This document shows positions 25,301 through 36,350 of a stretch of 64,000 nt of DNA, in pieces (the stretch's first letter is position 1; every line of letters begins with the position of its first letter). The translations under genes and the position numbers were made by a program. Source of the stretch: Vicugna vicugna (taxonomy: Eukaryota); contig MU059330.1 of assembly GCA_013265495.1 (NCBI GenBank), positions 13,773,980 to 13,837,979 on the forward strand, read 5' to 3'. The notes below the pieces were generated by a model, which worked only from the letters and a program-made list of their open reading frames with translations, searched no databases and had not been told where the DNA came from.

Positions 25301-26784
25301 GGAACGACATCACGTCACGTTCGCGCTTTCAAAGGTTAACGGTGGCATCACGCTGAATGCACGAGATAATGACAAAAAAAAGAGATACACTTTATATTTA
25401 AACAAAATCATTATTTTGCTGATTATTTTGTCTTTCTTAATCTCACATTTCAAAACCGCTTATTAGTCGTAAGTCAAAATGTAAGGCGCTCGCTTTGTTT
25501 TCCGTGCAAATAAAGCAGCCAACCCTCCGCAGGTGCGCCCTGGAAACCTCCTGCGCCTTCCCCGTCTCCTTCAGGGGCGCTGCGGTTCTGCCGGTGAGGA
25601 AACCACACGCCTGGACAAAGACTTGGCCTTCCCTGCACAAGCGCCCCTCTGGGGGAGGCACACGGCTCAGCGGGAGGAGCACACAGACTCCAGGAAGTGA
25701 GTCCCCGGCTGTGTTGACCGCAGTGAAGTCCGAGGGAAAGCGGTGCTGCTGTGAAACTCCGCGACAGGCTCCGCAGCCCCAGGAGGAGGTCCGGACCCTC
25801 CGGCCGGGCGGCCCGGCTCACACCGCCGCTGTCGCAGCAAGCGGGTTAGGCCCGGTCCTGCATGCTTGACACGCGGTCATTCCTTTTTTTGTGAAAAAGC
25901 TTGAAAGGAGGCAGCTTGCTTTTTCCCAAACCTGTAAGTTACACCATAAAGGCCCCAAACACGCAGGGCCTCTCCGAGCCTGCTCTGCGCGGAGCGTGCC
26001 TGGTTCCTCGAACGTCCAGCGGTCCCCAGCCGCCAGCGGTGCGCCGAGTCCTGGGGGCAAAGGGGTCGTGCCGCACGAGGCCGACTCAGCCTGAGACCCA
26101 GGCCCGGGGGCAGGCCTGTGGGCGCCTCTCCCCTGCTTCTCGAGCAGCCTGGGAGTGAAACTCCAGGCACCCCGCATCAGCGCCTTTACCCTGAACATTC
26201 CAGGCCCCGGTCCGTGTGCAGGTGGGTCCCTCTGCTCCGCTGCGGGCCTGAGGCCCTGCCTCGCCCGCGCCCACAGCGCCGGCTCCTGGACGGGACAGAG
26301 AGCCAAGGGATACCCGGAAACAGCAGCAAACCCCAGCTGCACGGAGAGGACCTTGGTCAGGAAATCTTGGAAAGGAAGAAGGGAGGGAAGGAGGACTGTT
26401 CCAACTTCAGATCTTGTAAAAACCATAGTGGAAAATTCAGACATGACAAACTCAAAAGTTCACAGAGAAACTCCTCCGCTGGTGCGTGGTGGGTGTAACC
26501 AGGGTCACCTGGCCGCTAACGTCGCGGGGGTCCAGTTCTCTCCAGCCCCTCAGAGGGGGACGGGGCCCATCTGGGTCATCGCCCGCCCAGAGGATTCACT
26601 CCGGGGTGTGAGGGAAGAGGCGGTCAGATGGCAAAGCAAGGCCGCAGACATTCTCTCCATGTTCAAAATCTCACAGGAAATGTTGGGCAAATTGCTACGT
26701 TCTCACAAAAGGAGCAGAACATGGTCACACTCACATCAAGCCACACGGCCCTCCTTACACTTCTTACTCACTGACTAACGCGAT

Positions 26785-26915
26785 GCATGACTGTATCCAA
26801 TCAATCAATCAGTCAGGGCATACTGACCTGCCACGTGCTGGGGCCCAGGTGGGCCCCAGGTGGGGGGCGCAGTGGGTGACGGTGTCCTGCCCTGTGGGCC
26901 CCCAGTCCGACAAGC
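26785..26915 (-). mobile_element. L2 3' end, degenerate
   Basis: (caat)n tail followed by ctgacctgccacgtgctgggg...gtcctgccctgtggg. Confidence 0.4.
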
Positions 26916-27944
26916 ACCGGGGGCGCTGGGGTGAAGCTCAGTGCCACAGAGTCCTTACAACAGCATGGCTCTCTTGGCTCTTAGAATGAGGATAAGGCCC
27001 CCCCAGACCTGGGACAGAAGCAGGGGAAGCAGAGAGGAGCAGCCTCCTGCTCAACGTGCGCCTGGCCCAGGCGGAGTCCCTCTGCCGCACACGGCCGGAG
27101 CGCCAGGCTCCCGGGGCGGTGCCTCAGGAGTCCTCATCCAAACTCCCAGGTTGAAGGACACCTTTCAACTCACTTGTGTTCATCATGACAAAGCTCACTT
27201 CTGCCTCTTCTCTGCATGGGCAGCGGAGAAAGGGCTCACACATTGGTTGGTCTCTGCAGACCGGGCACAGGAGGGACAAAAGGAAGGGAGGCGGCGGGCC
27301 TGGGACCCAGACCTGCAGCGGGGAGCAGGAGACAAGCAGTGGACACTGCATTGGGAGACCCTGTGCTGCCAGGCGGAAGGCCATGGGCGTTCTGATGCCT
27401 GGATGGTCAAGCCACCTCCACACCGTCTGCTAAATTCCCACTGGCTCCAGAGAGAAAATCTGGAAATGCAATGGCTGGAAACTGGAGGCCACAGTAATTG
27501 CCCAGGGTCTACTGAGAGTCTGCTAACGGCTTCCAGAAAGGGAAGAGGGGTCCTCGAGCAGTGGCAGTGAGGCCCTCAAGGGGACCCTGGCCCCCGGCCC
27601 CCGTTCAAGCGGAAGGAACACGGCTCTCGTCACCCGACCCGGGGAGCCAGGTGCACTAATGGAAGACCACGTATGCGAGTCCCTCTAGGCGGGAACTTTA
27701 GTCTTGACTTCCTTAGGAGAAAGCTCTTCCTTTGGATACAACTTTGGGCTTCTCTTTTATAAGAAAAAAGCTTCCTTCAAATTATAAGTGTAAATCTAAG
27801 CATATTTTCCAATTGATTCTTATTTCATTTCCAAGCCATCATACATCCTTCCTACACTGGAGTCTCAGCTCAGGCTGCAAAGCATAGTTCAGTGACATCA
27901 ACCCACCAAACGCCCATACAATAAACACTAGAAAATACTAAGAA

Positions 27945-28082
27945 GGGGGAAGGGATAGCTCAGAGGTAGAGCGTGTGCTTAGCATGCACGAGGTCCTGGG
28001 CCCCATCCCCAGTACCTCCACTAAACACATGCATGTATGCATACAGACATACATACACCTAATTACCTCCCCTCCACAAAAT
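27945..28082 (+). mobile_element. tRNA-derived camelid SINE (vic-1-like) with TSD
   Basis: GGGGGAAGGGATAGCTCAGAGGTAGAGCGTGTGCTTAGCATGCACGAGGTCCTGGG...ACCTAATTACCT; TSD aaaatactaaga (27932-27943) versus aaaataataaga (28083-28094). Confidence 0.92.
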
Positions 28083-28239
28083 AAAATAATAAGAGTGTTA
28101 GGAGACACGTCGAGAGGCCCCACAGGCCCTCCTGCAAGGGCTCACCTTCTTTTTATAAATTTCAAGGTTTCGGCAAACTCCTTGAACCCTACTAGGACAC
28201 ACATGAAAACAGGTGTGTGAATGTCTATTATTAGTAGCC

Positions 28240-29130
28240 TAATAGATACATAGTGCGATGCAGCATTGGTTGTAACAGACAAAAGCTGGAAACAAACCAC
28301 ATGCCCATCCAGTAGCAAATTTGTAGACAAAATGTGGTGCACCTACATGATGGGATTCACCCCCAATGAGAAGGAGCAAACTCCTGATTCATGTTCCTCA
28401 TGGATGAACCTAAAAAAATGCTAAAAATTGTAAAACATTATGCTGAAAAAAATCAGATCCATAAGAGCATATGTTGAATTATTCCATTTATGTAAAATGC
28501 TTAGAAGAGGAGGAATTGTGCAGCTAGGAAACGAGGGAGGCAGTGGGGGTGAGAGCAGGGACCAAGGAGTTGTCACACTGTTTGATGTGTTTGGACATTT
28601 GAAACATTATCAGTAGATGTTCAACTGGTCAGTGAGAGCATTAGGGAAGCACTGCACTAGATTCCTAGAAAAGCAAGCAGTGAAAACGATCAGGCAAACA
28701 TTAACTCCAGGAAAAATGTAAAGTTATATAACAAAGGAAAACAATCACAGTGTGTAACTTGGCTCTGCAGTAAATAAAAATGATTTTATAAAAACTAGTG
28801 AGAAAAGCACGCTGGGAAGACAGGGAAAGTCATGCTAGAAAAGAGATACAGTTTAGGGCACAAGAGAGTTAAGCTGTAACTACCAGGAGGAAGTCAATAG
28901 ATACGGTCTAAAAACGAGAAATCAATAGTAAGATAACTATATTGTTTAAAAGTATAGAGACAAAGAGTTGAAGAATAGGTGATAGAAGAGAGAGGTGCTT
29001 CTGGGGAACAAAACGAGATGATGAGGGTGCGATCTGGGGCAGAACTGTAATATTGTTTGATTTTTAAACTGTATTGTTGTTTGAAATAATAAAACTATTC
29101 GGAAAAGCCACGTCATCAAACAAAATAAGT
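28240..29130 (+). mobile_element. Old L1 (L1MC/ME-like) 3' fragments
   Basis: aagctggaaacaaaccacatgcccatcc...aaaatgtggtgcacctacatgatgg...catggatgaacct...aaacattatgctg...attccatttatgtaaaat; the extension past about 28510 is less certain. Confidence 0.7.
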
Positions 29131-29269
29131 ACAATCTCCTTCGCCACCGTTTCCAATGTATATTTTAATGCCAAAAATGTTGGAAGAATAAAAATTAAAT
29201 TACTTTGAAGAAATATTCACTCATTTTTTTTCTTATTTGTATCATTTTGCTGCAGATGAATGAAATTCC

Positions 29270-29640
29270 CTCACAGTCTGGAATCAGCACCCTCACCTAG
29301 GAAAGTGGCCAATCAGATGAAGGAGGTCATTGTTGGGTAGGGCTTTCAGGAAAGGCCCTCCTATCCTTTCTCACTCTTTTTCTGCCTCTTGCCTGCAATG
29401 CAGGTATGATGGCTGAAGCATCAGTAGCCACCTTAGGACTATGAGGCAAACTTAGGATAGAAGCCAAATGAGGTAGGCAGAAGGGCAGCAGGAGCCACAC
29501 TACCTGAGGAGGTTGGAGCCCCCATAACAGCCATGCAATGCCCACCTGCAGTCCCCTTGGATGCGGGAGAAATCATGTTCTGTTTTATTTCAGCTACCAG
29601 TGTCTTTTGTTAGCCACTCAGCTCAGCTCCTCTTAAATAG
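29270..29640 (+). mobile_element. MLT1I/J-like LTR
   Basis: cctgcaatgcaggtatgatggctgaagcatcagtagccaccttaggactatgagg...ggagcccccataacagcc...gagaaatcatgttctgtt. Confidence 0.65.
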
Positions 29641-30109
29641 AACTTTGCAGATATCCTCTTTGCGTTTTTGCTCAGTGGACATCTAACATTCCTTCTGAAC
29701 ACTCCACGTATGAATCTATTTCATCAACAAACATGGTGTCCAGGGGAGCCAGGTGAGGAGTGACAAGCTAGAATTCATGACCTTCTATCGTAGCCTGTCC
29801 CGATTTTAGGTCACCTTCATTAAAAAGTTTCTCTGGATCCTGATCAGCAAACACCTTTCACGGTCCCCACCCATCATCCTAATTCTGCTCTTAGGCCAAG
29901 GGACCCAATCTGATCCCGCTCCCTAGAGCAGTCACTGGGCTGGACAAGAGCGGCAGTTTCCCGCTGGCAGGTGAGACACGGGTGCTGGAGGGGACTGCCC
30001 TGGGGGCTCTCAGGAGGCAGAATCACACCTAAAGATCCTCTGTTCCATCCGGCCACTTGCTCCTGTGCTCAGGGGGCAGCTCCCTGGGCCTGCACTGGGC
30101 AAGTGGGTG

Positions 30110-30486
30110 CAACAGTGGGTTGCATGGAGGACCCCAAAAGACAGACCCACATCTGCATCCCCAGACATGGGAACAGGGCCTTGTTTGGGGAAAGAGACTT
30201 TGCAGATGTAATCTAAGGACTTTGAGAGGAAGAGCTCATCCAGGATTACCCGGGTGGGCCCCAAATCCAGCAACAGAGACACAAGGAGAAGCCACATGAA
30301 GACACAGGCAGAAACTGCAGGGGTGCCATCATGAGCCCAGGGGCGTCTGACCTCAGACGCTGGAAGAGGCAGGAAGGAGGGAGGGCGATCCGACCACACC
30401 TGGATCTCGGACCCCTGGTTCCAGGGCTGGGAGAGGATAAGTTCCTCTTGTCTGCGGTGTTGGTTATGGCCATAGGACACCAGCAC
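30110..30486 (+). mobile_element. MLT1C-like MaLR solo LTR
   Basis: agtgggttgcatgg...ctttgcagatgtaatctaagga...ggattacccgggtgggccccaaatcc...acacctggatctcggac...ttggttatggcc. Confidence 0.85.
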
Positions 30487-31530
30487 TCCCTTCTCATGTC
30501 CCCCTGCTTGGGGTATGTTCAGGACCCCCTGCTACCAGGCTCTAGTCCCCCAGTGCTGCTCAACGCAGCCTCCTCGCTCCCCACCTGGAAGTTCCAAGTT
30601 TGCCCTGTCTGCACCCCAGAGACAGGGGCGAGATGGGCAGCCCCTGCCAGGGGTCACGCCCCTCCAGGGGGGCAGACTCTCCACAGCCAGGGCTGCGGGG
30701 CAAGAGAACCCCCTCTGTGGACTCGCAGCACAGTGCTGGGTCTCCTCTGCACCCCCGGCCTCCGTGCCTGGTGCACCCTCCTGAGCCGCTGCCCTGAGTG
30801 GCCGTGGGATGCCCTCCCCCCAACACAGATGCCCGCTGGGCTTGTTTCCATGGCTCATTATTTTTCTCATGAAAAGTAATCAGCTTTAAACTGATTCCCC
30901 TTCCCGAGATGAAGATCTGGCAGGCAGCGCATTAACTCTGCCTGACCCGGCGCCTGGCTGCGCAGAGAGCTTCGAAAAGGTCACGTATCCCTAACTGGGA
31001 ATAGGTCCCGAGGGACAACGTGGCAGGAGGGCAGGTGGCGTTCCGCTGCTTTCTTGATGTGCACACACAGACAGAATTTGGGGAAGGACAGGAAAAGTCC
31101 CTTTACAAGGTGCCTTTCTATTGAACACACCTGAGTGGCGGCTGGAGTCCATAACCATGGCCACGCCCATTGGCTCGGTGTGGCCGGGCGGCTGTCACTG
31201 CCATGCAGAGCACAGTCCCCAAGGCCCAGACCCCGGGGCTCCCAAAGACCAGAATGTTTACTCTCCAGTCCGTGACAGGAAAGCTCGCTGGCCTGACTGA
31301 CTCGAGGAAGACGGGGCGTCCACGCAAAGGAGTGTCTGCGGAAATGTGTGTTACCTTGAGTTTTATCCCAGTCACCGAAATGCAATTAAAGCGTCAGAGA
31401 CCTAGGGTCCTCCTCTCGAGTCCTCTCTGGGTGGTGCGATGCTGAGTTAGCTTTTCCTGTTTCTGTGCTCTTTCCTCTGTTTTCCAAATTTCCCACAATC
31501 AGCTTTATAACTGATCCAAAGCATTGTTCT

Positions 31531-32043
31531 GGGAAGCAACCTAAGTGTCCCTTGACAGCTGACTGGATAAAGAAGACGTGGTGTATGTGTGCAAGGGAAT
31601 ACTACTCAGCCATGAAAAAGAATAAAATAACACCATTTGCGGCAACATGGGTAGACCTGGAGATCGTCATTCTAAGTGACATAATCCAGAAAGAGAAAGA
31701 AAAATACCATGTATCACCACTTGTATGTGAAATCCGAAAAAAGGACACAAATGAGCTTATTTACAAAATAGAGAGAGACTTAGACACAGAAAACAAACTC
31801 ATGGTTATGGGGGAAAGGGTGGGAAGGGATAAACTGGGATTTCAAGACTTGTAGATACTAACTAGTGTATATAAAATAGACAACAAAGTCCTACTGTAGA
31901 GCACAGGGAACTGTACTCAAAACCTGTTAACAGCTCACAACGAAAAGAATATGAAAAGGAATATATATATATAACTGAGTCACCATGCTGCATACCAGAA
32001 ACTAGCACAGTATTGCAAATCAACTCTACTTCAATTAAAAACA
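31531..32043 (+). mobile_element. 5'-truncated L1 (ORF2 C-terminus plus 3' UTR), artiodactyl/camelid type
   Basis: Translation KQPKCPLTADWIKKTW...EYYSAMKKNKITPFAATWVDLEIVILSDIIQKEKEKYH is typical of the L1 ORF2 end. The element ends in caattaaaaacaaaaa. Candidate TSD aaagcattgttct (31518-31530) versus aaaacattgtttt (32044-32056). Confidence 0.92.
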
Positions 32044-33339
32044 AAAACATTGTTTTACAAAAGCTGGCATCGAGTAGAGCCAGCCCAGGCTGCACGTTTT
32101 CTCCAGAAGACAGGACGTTCTTGGGGTGGTCGGGGAAGGGCTCAGGAGGACCAGGGGAGGACGGAAGACAATGAAGACCCCCAGGGAGGAGGGGAATGGG
32201 GAGGGGAGGGGGTGCGTCTGTGGTGTCTGAGATGCACAGTGGTAACAGCTGGGGTGTCTCGCATTCCTGGCCAGTGCAGGGCAGACACGGTCCCTCCGGC
32301 CCTGCACACACTTGGATTGAGGACTGCGGGCCAGGGTCTCCACCTGCTCTGGGGCGTCCAGTGGTCTGAGGGCAGTCGTGAGCAGCGGGGGCGCGGGGTG
32401 TACTCCGGTGTGGGCAGAGCCCCTGGGACAGGCTGGGGGAGGGGGGCTAGGATTTCCAAGGGCTGAGCAGGGCACAGCCACACGGCCGCAGACCCACATC
32501 AGGACCCCTCCCATCCGCCCTCTCCCTCTGGGCTGAACAGGGCCAGGGGCACCACGGTCACTCTGAGCGCCGAGGGCCTGGGCATCGGGAAGACGGAACT
32601 CGGGCGTGTGCGGAGGTCACTCCCAGGAGACGCACACCAGCCAGCTGCGCCTCCGTGGTGAGGACGGGCCATATCCGCCCATCTGCCCTCCAGGGCTTTC
32701 GGGACGGTGTGCCACGTGGGTGCTAATTCCCTTATTTGCTGCTCTGTAACAAAACCCCCCGAATCTGGTGCCCCTCAGCCTGGGCTTCCTCCCTCCCAGC
32801 ACAGGGGCGTGGGGGTCCAAACCTGCGACCCGCGCAGCCGCCAGGAGGCAGGCCCCCTTGGGCCTGATCAGGAAGATCCCGGCCCAGCCTCCGCTCAGCT
32901 CTGCTGGCCTCTGGACGCACGAACAAAGACGGGGACAGGGAGCAGCCTGGCCACAGAGCAGGGCCGAGAGGGGTCCTGCACTGGTCCCCGAGTCCTGCCA
33001 CAGGCGTGATGCCGCGTGAAGGAGGGCTCGCTGCGGCCGGACAGACAGACAGACAGACGCGGCCTCGCAGCCCCCGCCCGCCCCGGCCGCAGGCGGGCAG
33101 CGCGAGGGCCCAGCCGCGGAGGCTTCTCGGAGCTGGAGCAGCACGTTTCCCACAGATTGTTTTTTCTTGATTAAAACCTGCTTTTCTGCCGTGCTCTCGG
33201 AATTGCTTTTTATTGCCTTTGGAGGAATGGAAGGGAGAGGAATAGAAAAAAAGTCTGCTGTAAATAATCTTCCTCGGGAAAGAGACTTGAAGAGAAAAAC
33301 CTAATTTGTCTGCTTTTCCTTTTAGTGAAATAAGCGCGT

Positions 33340-34330
33340 GCTTAATGCAAACGGCCCCTGCTGCGTGTGTATCATCTTCACGTTCTGAGGTGACTGCGGG
33401 GAGACCGCGGTTTTAGCCTCCCCGGAAGCAGCGCAGCGGGGGACGAGCCCGCGCGCCCCCGCGGGCGACTGAAGCCCTGGGACTGAAGCAAGTGCGCTTT
33501 GAAACCACGGATCTGCGTTTACTCTCAGTCCCTTTCCTTGAAGGAAACTATCAGTTCAGTCACGCGCCTCCAGGCACCGAAACGCGCGATCCTTAAAAAT
33601 GAAAAAAGCCGGCGGCAGACACCTCCGCGGGAGACGTCGGCGGGGACGGTGGGCGCGCTGCCCCGGCTCCGCGGCGGCGCGAGCGCTGGTCCCTCGCCCG
33701 GGGCTGGGCCAGGGTGGTCCGCCCCCCCCCCACCGCCCCGGGCGTCTCCAGGCGCCGAGGAGCGCCCTGGAGCCAGGGAGGTGCCCCTCGCGGCGGAGAG
33801 GCTCCCCGACCCGACCCGGCACAGGCGGCAGAGCTTGCGTCGGGGGCCGGCAGGCTGGACCCTCACCCACAGCGTCCGTGCGCGCTGCTCTGGGCTGGGC
33901 CCTGACCACGGCTTTGAACGCGTGGGTCTACTTACGTCTCAGCAGAGGACCCCGTCTAGATGGCGCCCTGTGCGCGCGCACCGACGTGGCCGTGGGCGTG
34001 GAGGGTGGAGGAAGGAGAGCCAGTCCGCGGGGGGCGGGGCGGGGGGGGGCTGGGATGAGCCCCCCCCCGCCCCCCCCCACCCCGGCCCCGCCCACCACCT
34101 CCTCCTGCTCACAGCTTCACCCTCTTACCTCATGACCTCCCGCCCGGAGACGGCACTGGGGACCCCAGGGGGCTCCCCAGGCACGCACAGGGCATGGCCC
34201 AGAGAGGGCCCGTGTGCCTCGCCCGGCTCTTGGGTCATCAGCCCTGCCGACCTGGCCTAAGGAGACATGCCTTCCAGGCAGAGCTGCGGGGCAAGGCCGC
34301 CCAGGCAGAGCAGGGCCGCAGGGATTGTCC
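33340..34330. promoter_or_regulatory. CpG island
   Basis: CpG-dense (e.g. gcgcgcccccgcgggcg, gcggcggcgcgagcgc). Confidence 0.75.
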
Positions 34331-35499
34331 CAGGGCTCCACTCAGAGGCCGGCCCGGGAACAGGGGGAAGGCGGTGGTGCCTGTACCCGACTTGCCGCCG
34401 CTCAGGAGGCCCAGCCTCCCCTCTCCCCATGACCCACTTCCAGGAGGAGGACGGTCTCCATCCCGAATCCGTGCCGCTGCTCGTCCGGATTCTCAGGGGT
34501 TACACACCGACGGCTTCAGGTCCCAAGGGGGGACGAAGGACAAAAGGACTGCAGACAGGTGGGCTGTCCTGCCGCCCCGCATCCCAGCCCAGCATCCGGC
34601 CCACTCCCCATGGGTCAGGAGGTGGCGTTCTTCCAGCCGAGCAGCAGATCCGTGGCCTTCCCAGGACAGAGCAGAGATTGCCAGAAAGAGGCCAAGTGCA
34701 GGCAGCCCTGGGACGGGGTGCCCACGTCTTCCCACCAAGCAGGAAACACTGGGAAGCATGCTGCCTCCAGCAGGAGGACCCTCCAATGACTGGCCACCTC
34801 CCTGCACTTACAAGGGACGCCGAGATGGGCACGGCCGCTCTGGGGGTGGGCCTGACCCTGCCAGCATCAGAGGAGCCCCGAGGCCTGCCCCGTGTCCGCT
34901 GCATGCTAGCGACGGCTCGGCCCAAGGCTGTGTCCAGCGCCCTTCCTCATCCCCTGCAGCTCCAGGGCCTGAGGCAGTGTCCACAGTCGAGGGTAGGCGA
35001 ACTGTTGCACTGTGTGCGTGCAAGATACGAGGCTAGTCGGCCTCCACGCAGCTCTCAGATGCCCCAAACCAGAGCCTCCTCAGCGGGGTCCATGGCAAGC
35101 TACAAGCTCCCCGAAGTGGTGCACATTTTGGACAAATTCTTAGCAATGTGTGTTTTACAAGAACGACTCTGAAGAAATGGTCCCCGATCTCCCCGAGCCT
35201 ACCACACTGGAAGGCACGTGATCCTCCACATTCTGTAGCATTTTAGGGTCCATTTTGAAGGATGGTGCCAGCAGCTGTGCAACTTCACCTTCTTGGCAGG
35301 AAGTAGATGTTTGTAGGAAACCAGAATCTTTGTGTCTCATCATCATTTATGTGTTCATAGTGCCTAACACCTTACTCTTAACCACTATTTAGATATTTGC
35401 TAAATATTAGAGTGCATAAATGCATGTGAGTGAATCTGTGTGTGAGTATAGGAGAAACAGACTAGGAGAATGAAGCAGTAGGTCTGGGGGTAGGACCAG

Positions 35500-36350
35500 C
35501 GTGAAAAGAAAATGAAAGTGTGATTTGGTTTGAACATGAAGAGTATGAAGTGTATACACTGAGAGCTGGACATAAACCTGTTTATTATTCTTTCTAACAT
35601 CTGCAGGATCTGTAGGAATATTCCCTTTTTGGATTCTGATACCAGTAATTTGTATCTTCTACTATTTTTCTTGATAAATCTCTGGGGACAAATCAATGTT
35701 ATTAACTTCCCCAAAAAAACAACTTTCAGCTTTATTTATTTTCTCTATTGGTTAACTGACATATTTTATGATTTTTTTTCTTATTTTGTTATTTTCTTGA
35801 TTTATTTTCTTTTTCAACTTCTTAAGAAGGAAACAGTATTGATTTTCAACTTTAAATACATATATATATATGAATCCATCTAATGCTATGAATTTCCCTC
35901 TGGGCACAGCTTTACCTGCATCAACAGATTGTGACATGTTGTATTTTCATACATGTTTTATCAAATACATATCTGTTTAGTAGCTCTACTTGTCTTATTT
36001 TATTAGTGGTTGCTCTAGTAATTACACTTTGTGCCCCTAACTCATCACATTCTGCCTTGAAATAATATTATATCACTTCATGTATAATACTGTTTCCTCA
36101 CATCCAAACCTGTGTGTTATTGTCATCATGTATCTTATTTACATATGCATTATAAAACTCATAATATATTTTAGAATTATGTTTGTTTATTCAATAGATT
36201 TTTAAGAAAATTAAAGGAAATAGTATTTACATTTACCCAATATTTGCAATTTCCACTTCTGTTGTGTTTTGTTCCAACAGATGTTAAATTACTGGTGATT
36301 TTTATAGGATGGTTTCAAATACATGAGTCTTATTAACAAAACCACACAGA
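35500..36350 (-). mobile_element. Old L1 ORF2 5' region, antisense; AT-rich island
   Basis: catctgcaggatctgtagg...ttttctctattg...taatgctatgaatttccctctgggcacagctttacctgcatc matches the reverse L1 endonuclease region. Confidence 0.8.

Noticed and set aside
31465-31854. 129-aa ORF with a protein-like composition
   Set aside because: It is the decayed C-terminus of L1 ORF2 in a 5'-truncated copy, not a host gene
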